DNA of 58,146 bases, counting the filler, from Squatina squatina (lineage: Eukaryota): the NCBI GenBank assembly GCA_031763465.1. It is 3 parts of 3 records of this genome, joined end to end, with 100 filler letters (N's around TTAATTAATTAA, not from the genome) between each part and the next. Parts side by side here need not be neighbours in the genome. Positions count along the whole stretch, not along the records: positions 1 to 25,073 come from JARFOE010000046.1; 2 more parts are not named here. One strand, written 5' to 3'. Both the position numbers and the translations under genes were made by a program. The notes under the pieces were generated by a model. The model was not told where the DNA came from and made no database searches. It saw only the letters and a list, made by a program, of their open reading frames with translations. This document shows positions 13,271 through 24,868 of the stretch, piece by piece. Every line of letters starts with the position of its first letter. Within the stretch, counting starts at the first letter, position 1.

Positions 13271-13398
13271 TGCACCAGCAGTCAGTGCTTTAACTGCAAT
13301 TAATCTGCTTTCAGAAATTGTTTCACCCAAAGCAAGTAGATGACACTTTGCAGCCTTAACTGGAAAAGATGAAGATCAGATCGCGGAACGGTTGAAGC

Positions 13399-15999
13399 AT
13401 GGACAGGTGGGATCAAACAACTGCCGACTCCACAAGTCGCTTCTCTCCTGACAGGCTCACTGGTTGCATCAACCAGTTCAGCCACCATCGGGGCAAAGGG
13501 GACTCTGGTTACAGCTCGTTTTCTACTTCTTTCAATCCTCCAGAGTATCTGCCTCTAGCTCACTGCAGTGAAAGTCCCTGGCAGTCAGGAAAGGTTTTCT
13601 ACCAGGGCCCTGATTCCGAGGCACTGCACTATACTGACACAAAGCCTACAGCAGTAGTCTGTGATGCTGGTGTTATGGGCACTGAAGAGAGACCCGTGTT
13701 CCCATCAATGGAAAACTACAATAGCAATGGTCATGATGGGAAGTGTAATTGGTCAAGCCCACCTCCCCCACCAACACGCTCTGATAGTTTCCTAGTTACC
13801 AGGCAGCATGATGGTCTTGGCAATTATTACAACTATGATGGGCCATTCGCACAGAATGTGACTGAGAGGTCCTCAACTGCGAGCAAGACACAGGGGATGA
13901 CCTTTGAAAGTAATCACCAATCTAGAGAGACAACAAACCTGCCCCTTGATGGACAGCTTTCTAATCTTGGACAAACGCATTCCCGGACTCACTGGTTGAG
14001 ACCTACTTTAAAAGTTGCTGGTTTTGTGCCAGAAAAATGCAGTCATTCACTTGAAGGCGCAGATGATTTTACTTCCAAAAGGGGTGAGAAGTCACCTCAG
14101 AACAACTCAGCTGACTCATCTTCCTCTGTCACACTCGACTGTGTAGAATCACAGAACCAAATCTACAATCTTCCATTGGTACATGGAAATAAACCACTTC
14201 CCGTTAGCCCGCAGCGACATGAGCCTGTGATAACTCTTAGTTGTGCTANNNNNNNNNNNNNNNNNNNNNNNNNNNNNNNNNNTGAAAGCAGCCAGAAAAC
14301 AGCACCATATTTTTACGTTGCCAGCACATGTACATGTACATTTACGAGGGAGTCTAGGCCTGCAGAAGACTTTTCGGACCCTATCCAGGCAAAGGGCCCG
14401 GAGATCACAGCACCACAAAAATCTGAGGTAGTTAGAGATTGCAAAGATAGACAAGAATCTTTGAAGGTGGCAAATAGTAGACATTTAGTATTTCAGTCAC
14501 CTGGTCTGGATCTCCAACCTATGAGTGGAGGACTTGGATTTAGAGGGCATAACAATGCCAGCAGCAGCCAGGTATTCTACAGCGGACCCAGTGAAAATTC
14601 TCTCAACTCTAAACCACATCCTACAGTGGCAGAGCCTGCTCAGGTAACAAAGCACAAAAGGCAAATGAGAAATAACATAGACATGGCAGGATATCGATTA
14701 ATCCAATGTTCAGATGCAAGAAATAACTACAATCTTCCAGAGAATCACTTATCAAGGCCAGCAAAAGAGTCAACTACTGACAGCCTAATCACTGCTGAAA
14801 ATACTCCAATGTTGCATCGCCTTACCTTCGAAAGCACGAATGCTGCTAAAAATGCAGCTGTGAATGTTAAAGAGGAAAGGTGTCTCTCCGAGGGGCCAAA
14901 GGAGATGCAGAGACTGAGAGAAGGAAACCGGGCCCTACACAGAGGGTTCCAGAACAAAATGTCACAGTTTCGAAAGTGCAAGAGTTCTTCACAGCTATTG
15001 GATGAAGCAATTGAGCTCAACCAATTGAATGAAGAATCCCCAGAGACCTCAGGCTCATCAATTGATTCTTCTAAAACTGCTTATAGAAACCAAGTAAAGC
15101 ATGCGCAGACTAAGGTCCTGAGGGAGACTTCTTTTAAACGTCGAGACCTCCAGCTTAGTTGGCCAAACCGAGCTAAGCAGAAGCCCACTGAGAGGCCAAG
15201 CATTACACATTTTCGAACAGTTTCTTTGTCCGACCCGAGTCCCAGCCCTGATGATTCAACAACCACGTCCCCGTCATCGCAAGTATTACACGAGGACTTA
15301 CGAGCCAAATCTCTGGCTGCTCAGCACCAGGCCACCCGTATAGGCAGCAGGAAAAGACTGACCCTGCAGGAGAAAAAAATGTATCATTCAGAGCCCGAAA
15401 AAATAAATCAATTGGGTTTGCTGAGTAGTCCAAGAAAGTGCACTGCCTCGTGGGAGCAGGAGAAGACCTTCAACTTCCCGAACGCGCACAGCGAGAGGAG
15501 TTTTGTGGCTTCAAGGCGTCAACTGTTTGAAGCCGATTCCTCAGCAGCGAATGCGTCGCAGTTGGGGTTAAAGCAGATTCAGCACGAGGCTTTGGTTGAA
15601 TATGTGGACCGTAAGAGAAGTCAGCGATCCTGCAGCACAGAACTCATTTGTGATCAAAGGCAAATGGCAAGGTCTATACAGCACAGGAGGTTTTCGGAGT
15701 GGAGTTGCAATCCATTTGCCAGCTTCAGCCCTGCCAAAGGACAGAACCTCTCTCGACACAAGTCTGCAGAGATACTGTGGGAGCCCTTGGACAATTCCTC
15801 GGCAGTCCCTCCCGGCTGCAGTAACATATCTCCCACATGCCTATTAAGCCAGCCATTTGAGATTCAACACTTTCAAAAGCAGCCAGATAACGTTAGTATT
15901 TCTGGAAAGTTTGCCTCCACTGATAATTTGCAGAACCAGCCGCAATCTGTTCATTTCGGTGGGCGTGCTCGATCAAAATCATCTCCGTTGCCTCCACAG
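13399..15999 (+). CDS. SHROOM1: SHROOM1 (Apx-like) large first coding exon containing the ASD1 actin-binding domain
   Basis: 867 codons with one short N gap. Contains Shroom motifs GDSGYSSFS and PPPPPTRSDSF, and ASD1 segments YRNQVKHAQTKVLRETSFKRRDL, RIGSRKRLTLQEKKMYHSEPEKINQLG and LKQIQHEALVEY. Kozak agcATGg with in-frame TGA at 13393; likely acceptor at 13314; donor GTATGT at 16000. Paralog assigned from synteny and the lack of a PDZ. Confidence 0.88.
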
Positions 16000-16480
16000 G
16001 TATGTATTCAAAGTAAGTTAGCTGTCGTTGAGTCATTCTCATTTGGGCTTTACTGGCTTGTTGTGGGCTGGCACCTGTGATTCCAGGCCCACATGATGTG
16101 AGTAGGGATGAGAGTCAAAAGCAGAGGATAGGGGTTGTGAAAACAGTGAGAGCTTCTTGCAGCAATGGCTGAGGATTGTAAAATGATTGGAATATAGAAA
16201 TTGAGATTTTGGGAACGTTCTGTAACTAAAACAATCAGGAATGTCTTGGTTCAAAAGCTCCTGTTACTGAGTCACCAGGTGAATCGTGGGAAGAATTATA
16301 ACTAATGCTGTCTCTCTTGCAAAACTAGTTTTGCATTTTCATTTTTTAACCACAATAAAATCTGAGTTTAAAAAGAATTAGGAGCACATGTGTTGGTTGC
16401 ATGGTTTGTTAAGGACAGCAGGTGTTGTTACAATCCTTTGGTGTGCAAACTTGCAGACACTTTCACCATGGCAACAGCAT

Positions 16481-16830
16481 TACATAGAATATACAGCACA
16501 GAAACAGGCCCCTCGGCCCAACTGTGCTGGTATTTAGATGCCACACGAGTCTCCTCCCATTGCATCTACTTCATCCTTTCAGCATCTTCCCTTTTCTCTC
16601 ATGTACTCCTCTAGTTTCCTTTTGAAAGCGTCTAAGCTATTTGACCCAAATACTTAACGTGGTCGCGAGTTCCTCATTCTAACCACTCTCTGAGCAAAGA
16701 AATTTGACCTTATTTCTCCATTGGATTTATACATAACTATCTTCTATTTCTGGTCCCTAATTTTGGATTCTCTCAGAAGTGGGAACCTTCTCTCCACATC
16801 TACCCTGTTCAACCCATTCACAATTTTAAC
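16481..16830 (-). mobile_element. CR1-clade LINE 3' end and tail
   Basis: acatagaatatacagcacagaaacaggcccctcggccca is the reverse complement of the tail also seen near 3320-3365, followed by degenerate ORF2-end sequence. Confidence 0.7.
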
Positions 16831-16982
16831 GTGACATCGGCCGTCTTAATTTCTCTGCTCCCCTCACCCACTCTAACCTGCCNNNNNNNNNNNNNNNNNN
16901 NNNNNNNNNNNNNNNNNNNNNNNNNNNNNNNNNNNNNNNNNNNNNNNNNNNNNNNNNNNNNNNNNNNNNNNNNNNNNNNNNN

Positions 16983-17432
16983 CCTCTGCAATCTGTAACC
17001 AGACTGGTTTGGTCTCCTGGGGAGGTCTCTTCCACCCATCAGAAGAGAAGAGGACCTCCCTGCATACTCTGACTCTCTCCATAAGCATATGGAGGGAGTC
17101 ATCAAAGAACCTGGGTGCAGCCCTCTGCTTTTGTGCAGTCATTGTCAGTGTTTGCAGCACTCACTCCAATGTTGTAGTGCACTGACAGCACTATGTTAGA
17201 TTAAACGTCAAATGTAATGAGGCCATGGTCCCTTTAAAGATCCTGACTGAAAACGCGTCATGAATGACGTCACCAGACCCACACCATTTAAGTGGGCCAG
17301 GTAACGTGCAGGGCGGGCTTAATAGGCCCTATTAAGGGAAAGTCTTTTTCAGCATTGGGATGGAGCCAACAGCGGGGTCATGATCTGCCGCGCCGACTGC
17401 CAACACCCGCCGAGATTGGCAAAATTCTGGCC
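16983..17432 (-). mobile_element. PIF/Harbinger relic: element end plus start of the Myb/SANT-like gene
   Basis: Minus-strand RAAPRFFDDSLHMLMERVRVCREVLFSSDGWKRPPQETKPVWLQIAE resembles the N-terminus of a Myb/SANT-like trihelix domain; terminus-like ggccagaattttgc at about 17432. Confidence 0.7.
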
Positions 17433-17478
17433 AATGTGTGTTTTAAGGAGCTGACGGTTATTTTACTTTGATTTCCAG

Positions 17479-17751
17479 AAGGAGTTAATTAACACAATTA
17501 AGTGTAAACTTCAGAAGCTTCAGGAAGCTAAAGCTGGCTTAAATGAAGATGTCAAAATGAACAGCACGCTGGGTGAAGACATTGAGGCCTGGGTCAATGA
17601 TGTTTGCAAACCTAATGAAATCCAGAAATACAAGACTTTCATAGAGGATTTGGACAAGGTGATGAACTTGCTGCTGTGCCTGTCAAGCCGTCTGGTGCGA
17701 GTGGAAAGTGCTCTGAGTAAAGTCAACGAGGCCACTGACTTGGAAGAGAAG
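17479..17751 (+). CDS. SHROOM1: SHROOM1 ASD2 (ROCK-binding) domain exon
   Basis: 273 nt, phase 0-0. Reads KELINTIKCKLQKLQEAKAGLNEDVKMNSTLGEDIEAWVNDVCKPNEIQKYKTFIEDLDKVMNLLLCLSSRLVRVESAL...EEK; acceptor tttccag, donor GTTTGT. Confidence 0.92.
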
Positions 17752-18004
17752 GTTTGTTAAAATAATCCAGCTGTATTCAGCTTGGCATTTTTCCAGTGCT
17801 GACATTACTGAAAAGAACCGGGGTGGGGTAAAATATTCTAATTGTTACTATATTAATGCAGCCTTGCATTTTAGGGGAAAAAAAGAAACAACATTCAGGT
17901 GCAGAAGCACCCCTTCTCCCCGGAAATATGGGCGAAGCGGTGTATCACAGAGTGTGTTTTATTCCTGAGAGGAATTTCCTGTGAACTGCCAATAGCTAAA
18001 GTTA

Positions 18005-18408
18005 GCCCAAGTGTTAGTTGGTAACGTGCTCACTCCTGATCCAGAAGGTTGTGGGTTTAGACATTACTGCTTGAGCACATAATTTAGGCTGACAATGAGA
18101 GAATGCTGTATTGTCCGGTGGAATGTTAAACTAAGGCCCGGTCTACCTGCTCACGTAAACGTAGAAGATCCCATGACTGCATTCATAGAAGAGGTCCAAC
18201 AATTCCGCTTCAACCAACACTCCCAAAATATAAATTAATTGACTGTTCATCGCATTTGCTGTTTGTTGGGCCTTGCTGTGTGTAAATTAGCAGCTGCATT
18301 TGCTCACTTAAAAACTGACTACACTGCTACATTAATTCATTGGCCCTGAAGCCCTTTGGTACATTTTCAGGATATAAGAAGGCACTATATAAATGCAAGT
18401 TCTTTCTT
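18005..18408 (+). mobile_element. Near full-length SacSINE1/DeuSINE-like SINE
   Basis: tRNA-like head (gaaggttgtgggtt), Deu-like core (gttaaactaaggcccggtctacctgctcacgtaaacgtagaagatcccatg) and L2-type tail ending ggcactatataaatgcaagttctttctt. Confidence 0.8.
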
Positions 18409-18409
18409 G

Positions 18410-19200
18410 TAGCCAAACTAGGTGCGATAGTGGAATCAGGACAGTGCAATCAGAATAGGCAACTCTGAAATTACAGAATGAGTTGGACAAAATATCCCCG
18501 TGAGCAGAAGAGTGGCAGATGAGATTTAATGTGGACATAAGCAAAGTACTGCGCACAGGAAGGAAAAATAGGTGACACCTGTGAATGGCGTTGAAATATC
18601 TGTGGATAAAGCTGAAGGAGATCTAGGGGCCTTATTAAACTCAACACTAAACATATCCAACCAATATAGAGCAGTAATTAACAAAGCAAATAGAATGTTA
18701 ACTATTAGAGTGGAATCAGTCGAATACAAGCCAAAGGAAGTTGTGATCAAACTGTACAATGGTCTGTACAAATAGCACCTTGAAAACTGCCTCCAGTCTA
18801 GTCACTGAGACACAAAGCAGACATTCAAGAGCTGGTCTTGAATGACTCGGAGATATGCCATGAGACTGATCCCTATTGTCAAAACTCTGAACTATGAGGA
18901 TTGTTTGGAGAAACGTCAGGTTGTCAGCCTAGCAAGGAGGCATTTGACAGCTAATCTTATCGAGACATGTAAGATTGTTAAGGAAATGGAAAAAGTAAAT
19001 CCGGAGTAGTATCTTAAATTACATAACGAGAGTAGGACAAGGGGACATGAATTCAAGCTAGTAAAAGATAAGTTGAGGACTGATATCAGGATTTGCTTCA
19101 CACAAAAATTGATTAACATTTTGAATAGGCTTCCAGATAGGCTAGTGGAGGCAAAAACCCTGGAACTATTTAACAAACAATTGGTTGCTACAATGGGAGG
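18410..19200 (+). mobile_element. Degenerate CR1 LINE ORF2 3' portion
   Basis: Disrupted frames with LQNELDKI..AEEWQMRFNV, YKPKEVVIKLYNGL, RGHEFKLVKDKLRTDIR and NRLPDRLVEAK. Confidence 0.85.
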
Positions 19201-19206
19201 GCTTTA

Positions 19207-19629
19207 GGGGGCCGAAATTCATCTCCCGTTACGCCCCATTAGTGCCTCAGAGGGGCACTAACAGGGCAGCGCCGCCCTTTGTGCCTGGCCAGCTGAATTT
19301 CGTGGCAGGTCGGCGCGTGACGTCATCAAAATGCGCGCTGACCTGTACCGCACAGCCTCAACGCCTTTAGTGGCCCATTTGTAAAACCTGTCGCTGCAAT
19401 GGGGCTGTTATAGGGGAGGGCGTCTGCACCTCCGACCACCATCTTTATTTTTCGGCCAACATCCTTGACAGCCCTTGACCGTACAGGGCCACCATCCCCT
19501 CGCCTAGCACACATGCCAGGCTGGTGGCCTGGTCGCCGGCGTTCCTGGTGGCCCAGTGTCGGGCCGTGGGGCGCGTTCAGGAGAAATGCCGGTACCGCCA
19601 CGTACGTGGCGCCACTAAATTTCAGACCT
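19207..19629. mobile_element. GC-rich MITE-like non-autonomous DNA element (probably Harbinger-type)
   Basis: Ends GGGGGCCGAAATT and AATTTCAGACC form imperfect inverted repeats; subterminal hairpin TTAGTGCC..GGCACTAA; left end shared with the elements at 45631 and 53017. Confidence 0.65.
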
Positions 19630-19754
19630 TTTGTATATCAGGTCACATAACAAGAGTCCTGAGACAATGGAGCAAGAACAGATTTTTTTTTCTCTTAGTG
19701 GCCTGGGTTTTTTTCTGGGTTTTTTCCTCTCCCCAGAGATTACATGGCTTCCAA

Positions 19755-19810
19755 GTAATGTGGGGAGTGAATGTATTGTGATACGTAATGTGGGGAGTGA
19801 ATGTATTGTG
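19755..19810. repeat. 26 bp direct duplication, period 30
   Basis: gtaatgtggggagtgaatgtattgtg at 19755-19780 and 19785-19810. Confidence 0.95.
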
Positions 19811-19829
19811 TTGTGTAACACCAACAGTA

Positions 19830-20060
19830 ACAACAACTTGTATTTATGGAGTGCCTTTAATGTAGTAAAATGCCCCCAGGCACTTTGCAGGACATAATCA
19901 GACAAAAATTGTTACTGAGCCAAAGAAGGAGATATTAGGACTGGTGACCTAAAGTTTGATCAAAAAGAGGGAGGTTATATGAAGCTTCTTAGAGGAGGAG
20001 AGAGAGGTGGTGAAACGGAGAGGTTTAGGAAGAGAATTCCAGAGCAGGGGCTAAGGCATC
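19830..20060 (-). mobile_element. L2-clade LINE 3' end
   Basis: The reverse complement ends aaggcactccataaatacaagttgttgtt, the same tail type as the SINEs, preceded by purine-rich L2 3' sequence. Confidence 0.65.
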
Positions 20061-20286
20061 ACAAGTGTATGAGGCAGGCTGGATAGACCGGTCAGAACAT
20101 AAGAACANNNNNNNNNNNNNNNNNNNNNNNNNNNNNNNNNNNNNNNNNNNNNNNNNNNNNNNNNNNNNNNNNNNNNNNNNNNNNNNNNNNNNNNNNNNNN
20201 NNNNNNNCCACAGGAGCAGCATTTCTATTCTAGTGTGCATCAGATATCCAGTTGGCCATTAAAATAAAGTTCTAAAAATTAACAAT

Positions 20287-20292
20287 TTTATT
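20287..20292 (-). terminator. Candidate SOWAHA polyadenylation signal
   Basis: AATAAA on the minus strand about 185 nt after the stop at 20476. Confidence 0.5.
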
Positions 20293-20475
20293 ACTAGCTG
20301 CTGCGCATAGATAGCAGCACGAAATTAATTTTCAAAACTTGATTAGGACATAAGATTACAATTTGAACCCACAAACGCTCCCACAGAGAAGATCACCGAA
20401 CACATTAATGTAGCATTAGAAGAAGCAGCTCGCCACTAATTCATTATGTTCATTTTAAAAATTACTAAAAAAACT

Positions 20476-21554
20476 TCAGAAGAATATTTCGGTCACAGGT
20501 CGACGTTTTAGAACAATCTCTTCTCTCTCTTCTGGCTCTTCATTCACTGAAGTAAAGTTCATGCGTGTTTTAGCTCTTTTCTTGTGTCCAGTTGGAGCAG
20601 TGAAGAACTTGCTTAGATTAGTTGGTTTCTTCAATGATCTGGAAAACTCCTGGAAGCTTATGTCATCAGCGAATGAACCAAGCAAGTTGTTAGTGCTGCT
20701 CAGGATGGAGGACGTCGCCTTTGATCCCCTTTTATGAGGAATAAGTTCACTTTGAAGGAGTTATCCTTATTCAAGTAATGGTATGGCCTTTTGCCGCTAT
20801 AGTCTCTGAGAGTTGTTTTTGCTCCATAGTTTTGTACCAGCTCAACAATGACATTCTCTTTACTATGTATAGCAGCAATGTGCAGGGGAGTGTAACCACC
20901 ATATGCTTTGGAGTTGACATCCATTTTGATGCCATTTATCCCTGCAGTATCAATGATCCAACACATAATTTCACTGTTGCCTGATTTTGCTGCCCAATGG
21001 ACAGCTGTGAAGCCGGACATGAAGTCCTTCTTCTCAGCCAAATAGCTGTCTCTCAGCAGCAGGCCTGACACTTGGGTCCAGTGGCCCAAGGCAGCTTTCA
21101 CGATCCACTCGTGCTCAATAGGATCCAGGGGGACTTGATCAGAGAAACGAGCATCTTCAGGCAATTTAAAAAGCCTTGAAGCTCTCTTTAAATTCGGTGA
21201 ACTGGAGCCTATTTCTGTGGGCTGGCTCCTTTTCATTTGGGGTATCTTAGGGGCATCTTGGTCACCGGAAGCTGGTGGACACACATTTCTGATTTGAACG
21301 GCATCTTCCAAATCTTTCTCCTTATCTCCTTTCTGCCCGTGGCACATGTCATATCGATTGGAGTCTGGAGGTAGGCGAAGTGGGTACATAAATGGTTTGG
21401 GCTTCTGAGTTGATGCTGTCTTTGTAACTGGTTCAATACTGACATCATTGGACCTGGCTTCATAGTTTCCAATCTTTTGTTCAAAACTTAAAGTGATGTC
21501 GTCGCATTCTGTTGGAGGAGGAGGAGAAAGATAAGCCAAGTGCTCAGGTTCGGC
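20476..21554 (-). CDS. SOWAHA: SOWAHA ankyrin-repeat protein, 3' part; frameshifted near 20750; 5' part lost in the gap
   Basis: VPLDPIEHEWIVKAALGHW, KKDFMSGFTAVHWAAKSG and GGYTPLHIAAIH...LRDYSGKRPYHYL are SOWAH-family ankyrin motifs. The C-terminal SSILSSTNNLLGSFADDISFQEFSRSLKKPTNLSKFF resembles human SOWAHA but lies in another frame. Position and orientation between SHROOM1 and SEPTIN8 match human 5q31. Confidence 0.88.
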
Positions 21555-22579
21555 NNNNNNNNNNNNNNNNNNNNNNNNNNNNNNNNNNNNNNNNNNNNNN
21601 NNNNNNNNNNNNNNNNNNNNNNNNNNNNNNNNNNNNNNNNNNNNNNNNNNNNNNACCCCGGCCTGACCTGGCCTTGGTGAGCAATTAATTTTCCCCGTGG
21701 ATTTTGGATGGATTTTATAATGGAAGCTCTCTGATCTACCACAGTCTTGCTGTTGAGCACTGACTAGCTTCAGTCCAGCTGCCTATTTAGTGAGATTAAC
21801 TACTTGTTTTCGACTGTACCGATAATTATTTAGCTAAGCTCCAGAATGTGCTAAGGAATTCATGTCCCAGTTTAAATATTTAAACAAATAAAACTTAATT
21901 ACAGTTGGGAGGTGCACTGAGGTGGTAACTCCAAATTGTAGAATTGTCTCTTTCTCTGCTCAGTGATTTTTTCCATTTGCTTGTTAGCACTAGAAGGGAG
22001 TGGGGGGGCAAGGAGAAATAAAGGCGGCAAGTGGCTTCCTTCCTCTATCAAAGAGAACAATTGAGGGCAAGTCACACTGGGGAGGTTTAATGCATGGTTC
22101 AATAGCAGCAATGGCTGTCCACCCTGCCAGACATGGCACATAACCTGTCGCACAACTGGAATACTTAAAAGTTATGACTCTTGTGTCCAAGAAGACACTA
22201 GTTGAATTTTAGCCACTGCCAGTGTTCATCTCGGACTTTTCTGGTTGGGAGGTTGCTAGTCTCTGCCAGTTAGGAACAACCACTAGAGGCAAGGTGCTGA
22301 GAGGTGGGGAGGATACTGTAGAGAGGGGAGAAATAGAAGGAGAAAATAGCACGGCAGGATTATCCAGTTATGGGGGAAATTGATGAGTATAGAAGATAGT
22401 GCCTAATTGTTTCCATCCATTTATGTTTCAATCCATTTATGTTTAGTATGTGACTGAAGTTGCCCTGCAGGGTAGGTGCATAGTGTGTTGCAGACTCTTT
22501 GTCTTGGATGGACGCGTATCACTCAACAGGTGTTTGCTCAATTTCATAATCTCTATCCTGTTGCTTTCTTTACACCCAG

Positions 22580-22694
22580 GCTGCGGAGAAGCGTAACCTT
22601 AGCCTTGGTGGTCATGTGGGTTTCGACAGTCTCCCCGATCAATTAGTCAGCAAATCTGTATCACAAGGCTTCTGTTTCAACATTCTTTGTGTAG
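22580..22694 (+). CDS. SEPTIN8: Septin-8 early coding exon (SEPT6 group)
   Basis: Reads [39 protein letters not shown]; acceptor cccag, donor GTAAGT. Paralog assigned from synteny. Confidence 0.88.
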
Positions 22695-22821
22695 GTAAGT
22701 ATTGCCGTTGCATTAAAACTGACATCTTAGCATGAAAAGTCATGTATACAGTGACAGTGCAAGCCTGTCAAATTTCAGTTAGTTGAAATGATCCAATTAT
22801 TTTGAGTTTTAAAAATGTAAT

Positions 22822-23160
22822 TGTGACCCTTCTGATGGTTGCGTGGGTTAATGCACCTTGGGCGGTTGTCCTGGTTTGGGCTGAGTTAACTAATGCCAGC
22901 TAGGTAGCAGTGGGTGGCACTACATTTGGCCTGGGGACACTGTAATCAAGTAGGGGGGGGTAAAAAATCAGCTCAGGACCATGCTTCTTATCACTCACTA
23001 ATGACTCGTAATGATAGTTCAGACAGCAAATGCCTGTGATCCCCTTAAATATTGAATAGTCTACTGTCACTCACTGTTTAATTACACGTGACCCCTTGGG
23101 TGAGGTACTAGAGGACTGGTGGTGTGTGAAATTGTACCCGAGCACCAGTGAATGTCATTA
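22822..23160 (+). mobile_element. Ancient tRNA-derived SINE (AmnSINE2-like)
   Basis: ctgagttaactaatgccagctaggtagcagtgggtggcactacatttggcct...aaaaatcagctcagga; related degenerate copies near 1920-1990 (+) and 26040-26215 (-). Family name is from memory. Confidence 0.5.
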
Positions 23161-24023
23161 AAAGTGAATTAAAATGCTGGCAAAAATGTAATCAATTTTG
23201 ATGTATTATCCTCTCGCATAGCTCCGTGTATTTAAATGCGTGTGTGGCCTGTTCAATTTTTTTACTATTGTAAATCACCCCTGTGTTTATTCATAAANNN
23301 NNNNNNNNNNNNNNNNNNNNNNNNNNNNNNNNNNNNNNNNNNNNNNNNNNNNNNNNNNNNNNNNNNNNNNNNNNNNNNNNNNNNNNNNNNNNNNNNNNNN
23401 NNNNNNNNNNNNNNNNNNNNNNNNNNNNNNNNNNNNNNNNNNNNNNNNNNNNNNNNNNNNNNNNNNNNNNNNNNNNNNNNNNNNNNNNNNNNNNNNNNNN
23501 NNNNNNNNNNNNNNNNNNNNNNNNNNNNNNNNNNNNNNNNNNNNNNNNNNNNNNNNNNNNNNNNNNNNNNNNNNNNNNNNNNNNNNNNNNNNNNNNNNNN
23601 NNNNNNNNNNNNNNNNNNNNNNNNNNNNNNNNNNNNNNNNNNNNNNNNNNNNNNNNNNNNNNNNNNNNNNNNNNNNNNNNNNNNNNNNNNNNNNNNNNNN
23701 NNNNNNNNNNNNNNNNNNNNNNNNNNNNNNNNNNNNNNNNNNNNNNNNNNNNNNNNNNNNNNNNNNNNNNNNNNNNNNNNNNNNNNNNNNNNNNNNNNNN
23801 NNNNNNNNNNNNNNNNNNNNNNNNNNNNNNNNNNNNNNNNNNNNNNNNNNNNNNNNNNNNNNNNNNNNNNNNNNNNNNNNNNNNNNNNNNNNNNNNNNNN
23901 NNNNNNNNNNNNNNNNNNNNNNNNNNNNNNNNNNNNNNNNNNNNNNNNNNNNNNNNNNNNNNNNNNNNNNNNNNNNNNNNNNNNNNNNNNNNNNNNNNNN
24001 NNNNNNNNNNNNNNNNNNNNNNN

Positions 24024-24167
24024 CCCTTTCCCAAACACTACATAGCATCTCCTGACTAGGTTAGTGGGTGGGAAGTTGCTCTGAGGTCTTTGTCGGTGGT
24101 GCTCTGCACTCAGTGCAAAACTTACCTAAGTGATTTTTCTTTCTCCCCCCGCACTATCTCTCTCTAA
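24024..24167 (+). repeat. Direct repeat copy 1 (about 144 bp), starting at a gap edge
   Basis: Matches 24869-25012 with about 7 substitutions. Confidence 0.95.
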
Positions 24168-24574
24168 CACCTTCCAAATCTCTCTGGTTTAGTTCGTGAT
24201 AAATTTATCCATTGAGTACATATTTGCATTATCTATAGCATCTACCAGTCCTGGTCAAAATCGTCACTTAGGACATAAAAGTGAAAGGGAAATTTAAACT
24301 GAAGTGAATTGCATGAGGCATACAGCATTGATCACCAATATAAAATGTAGATAGCAAAATGGCCCTCTAATGTGCAATGGGTAGGTGTATCAATGTGCTG
24401 CATCACAGAGTAATGAGATGTGCTACTTGTCTGTGGTATTCCCCTCCTCTTTTCCCTCTTCCCCTTTCCCTCTGCACCCCCCACCCCCCAAGCATCTACC
24501 CCACAATGCAGCAAGTTCTTGATCCCCTGTCCTATTATTTTCAAATGTCTAACTGATTTCTCTTGGTATCTTAG

Positions 24575-24770
24575 GGGAAACTGGTATTGGTAAATCAACG
24601 TTAATGAACACCCTGTTTAACACAATGTTTGAAAGTGATGAGGCCACCCACTATGAACCAGGTGTTCGTTTAAAGCCACAAAGTTACAGTTTGAAGGAGA
24701 CCAATGTGGATCTTAAACTGACTGTTGTTGATACAGTGGGATTTGGTGACCAAGTTAATAAAGAGGAAAG
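24575..24770 (+). CDS. SEPTIN8: Septin-8 P-loop (G1) and G3 exon
   Basis: 196 nt, phase-compatible with the previous exon. Reads [65 protein letters not shown]; donor GTAAGT at 24771. Confidence 0.9.
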
Positions 24771-24868
24771 GTAAGTTCTTGAAATGAACATATATGCAAT
24801 TAATCAGGAACATTTCATTTTTGTTTTCTATTGTGCCAACTTGCATGTTCAGTTCTTTTTGGGAAATC

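Noticed and set aside
16000-16080. C-terminal VCIQSKLAVV...GWHL of the 893 aa ORF
   Set aside because: This is intron read-through past the donor at 16000; ASD2 is encoded further downstream.
18005-18090. tRNA gene
   Set aside because: It is the degenerate tRNA-derived head of a SINE, continuing into the SINE core and tail.
19238-19262. Apparent compensatory base change in the MITE hairpin (TTAGTGCC/GGCACTAA versus TTAGCGCC/GGCGCTAA)
   Set aside because: CG to TG and CG to CA are both ordinary CpG deamination outcomes, so this is not evidence of selection on RNA structure.
20720-20755. Programmed -1 ribosomal frameshift in SOWAHA
   Set aside because: There is no in-frame X XXY YYZ slippery heptamer (A AAA GGG does not fit), and residues appear to be missing relative to the ortholog, which favours a deletion.
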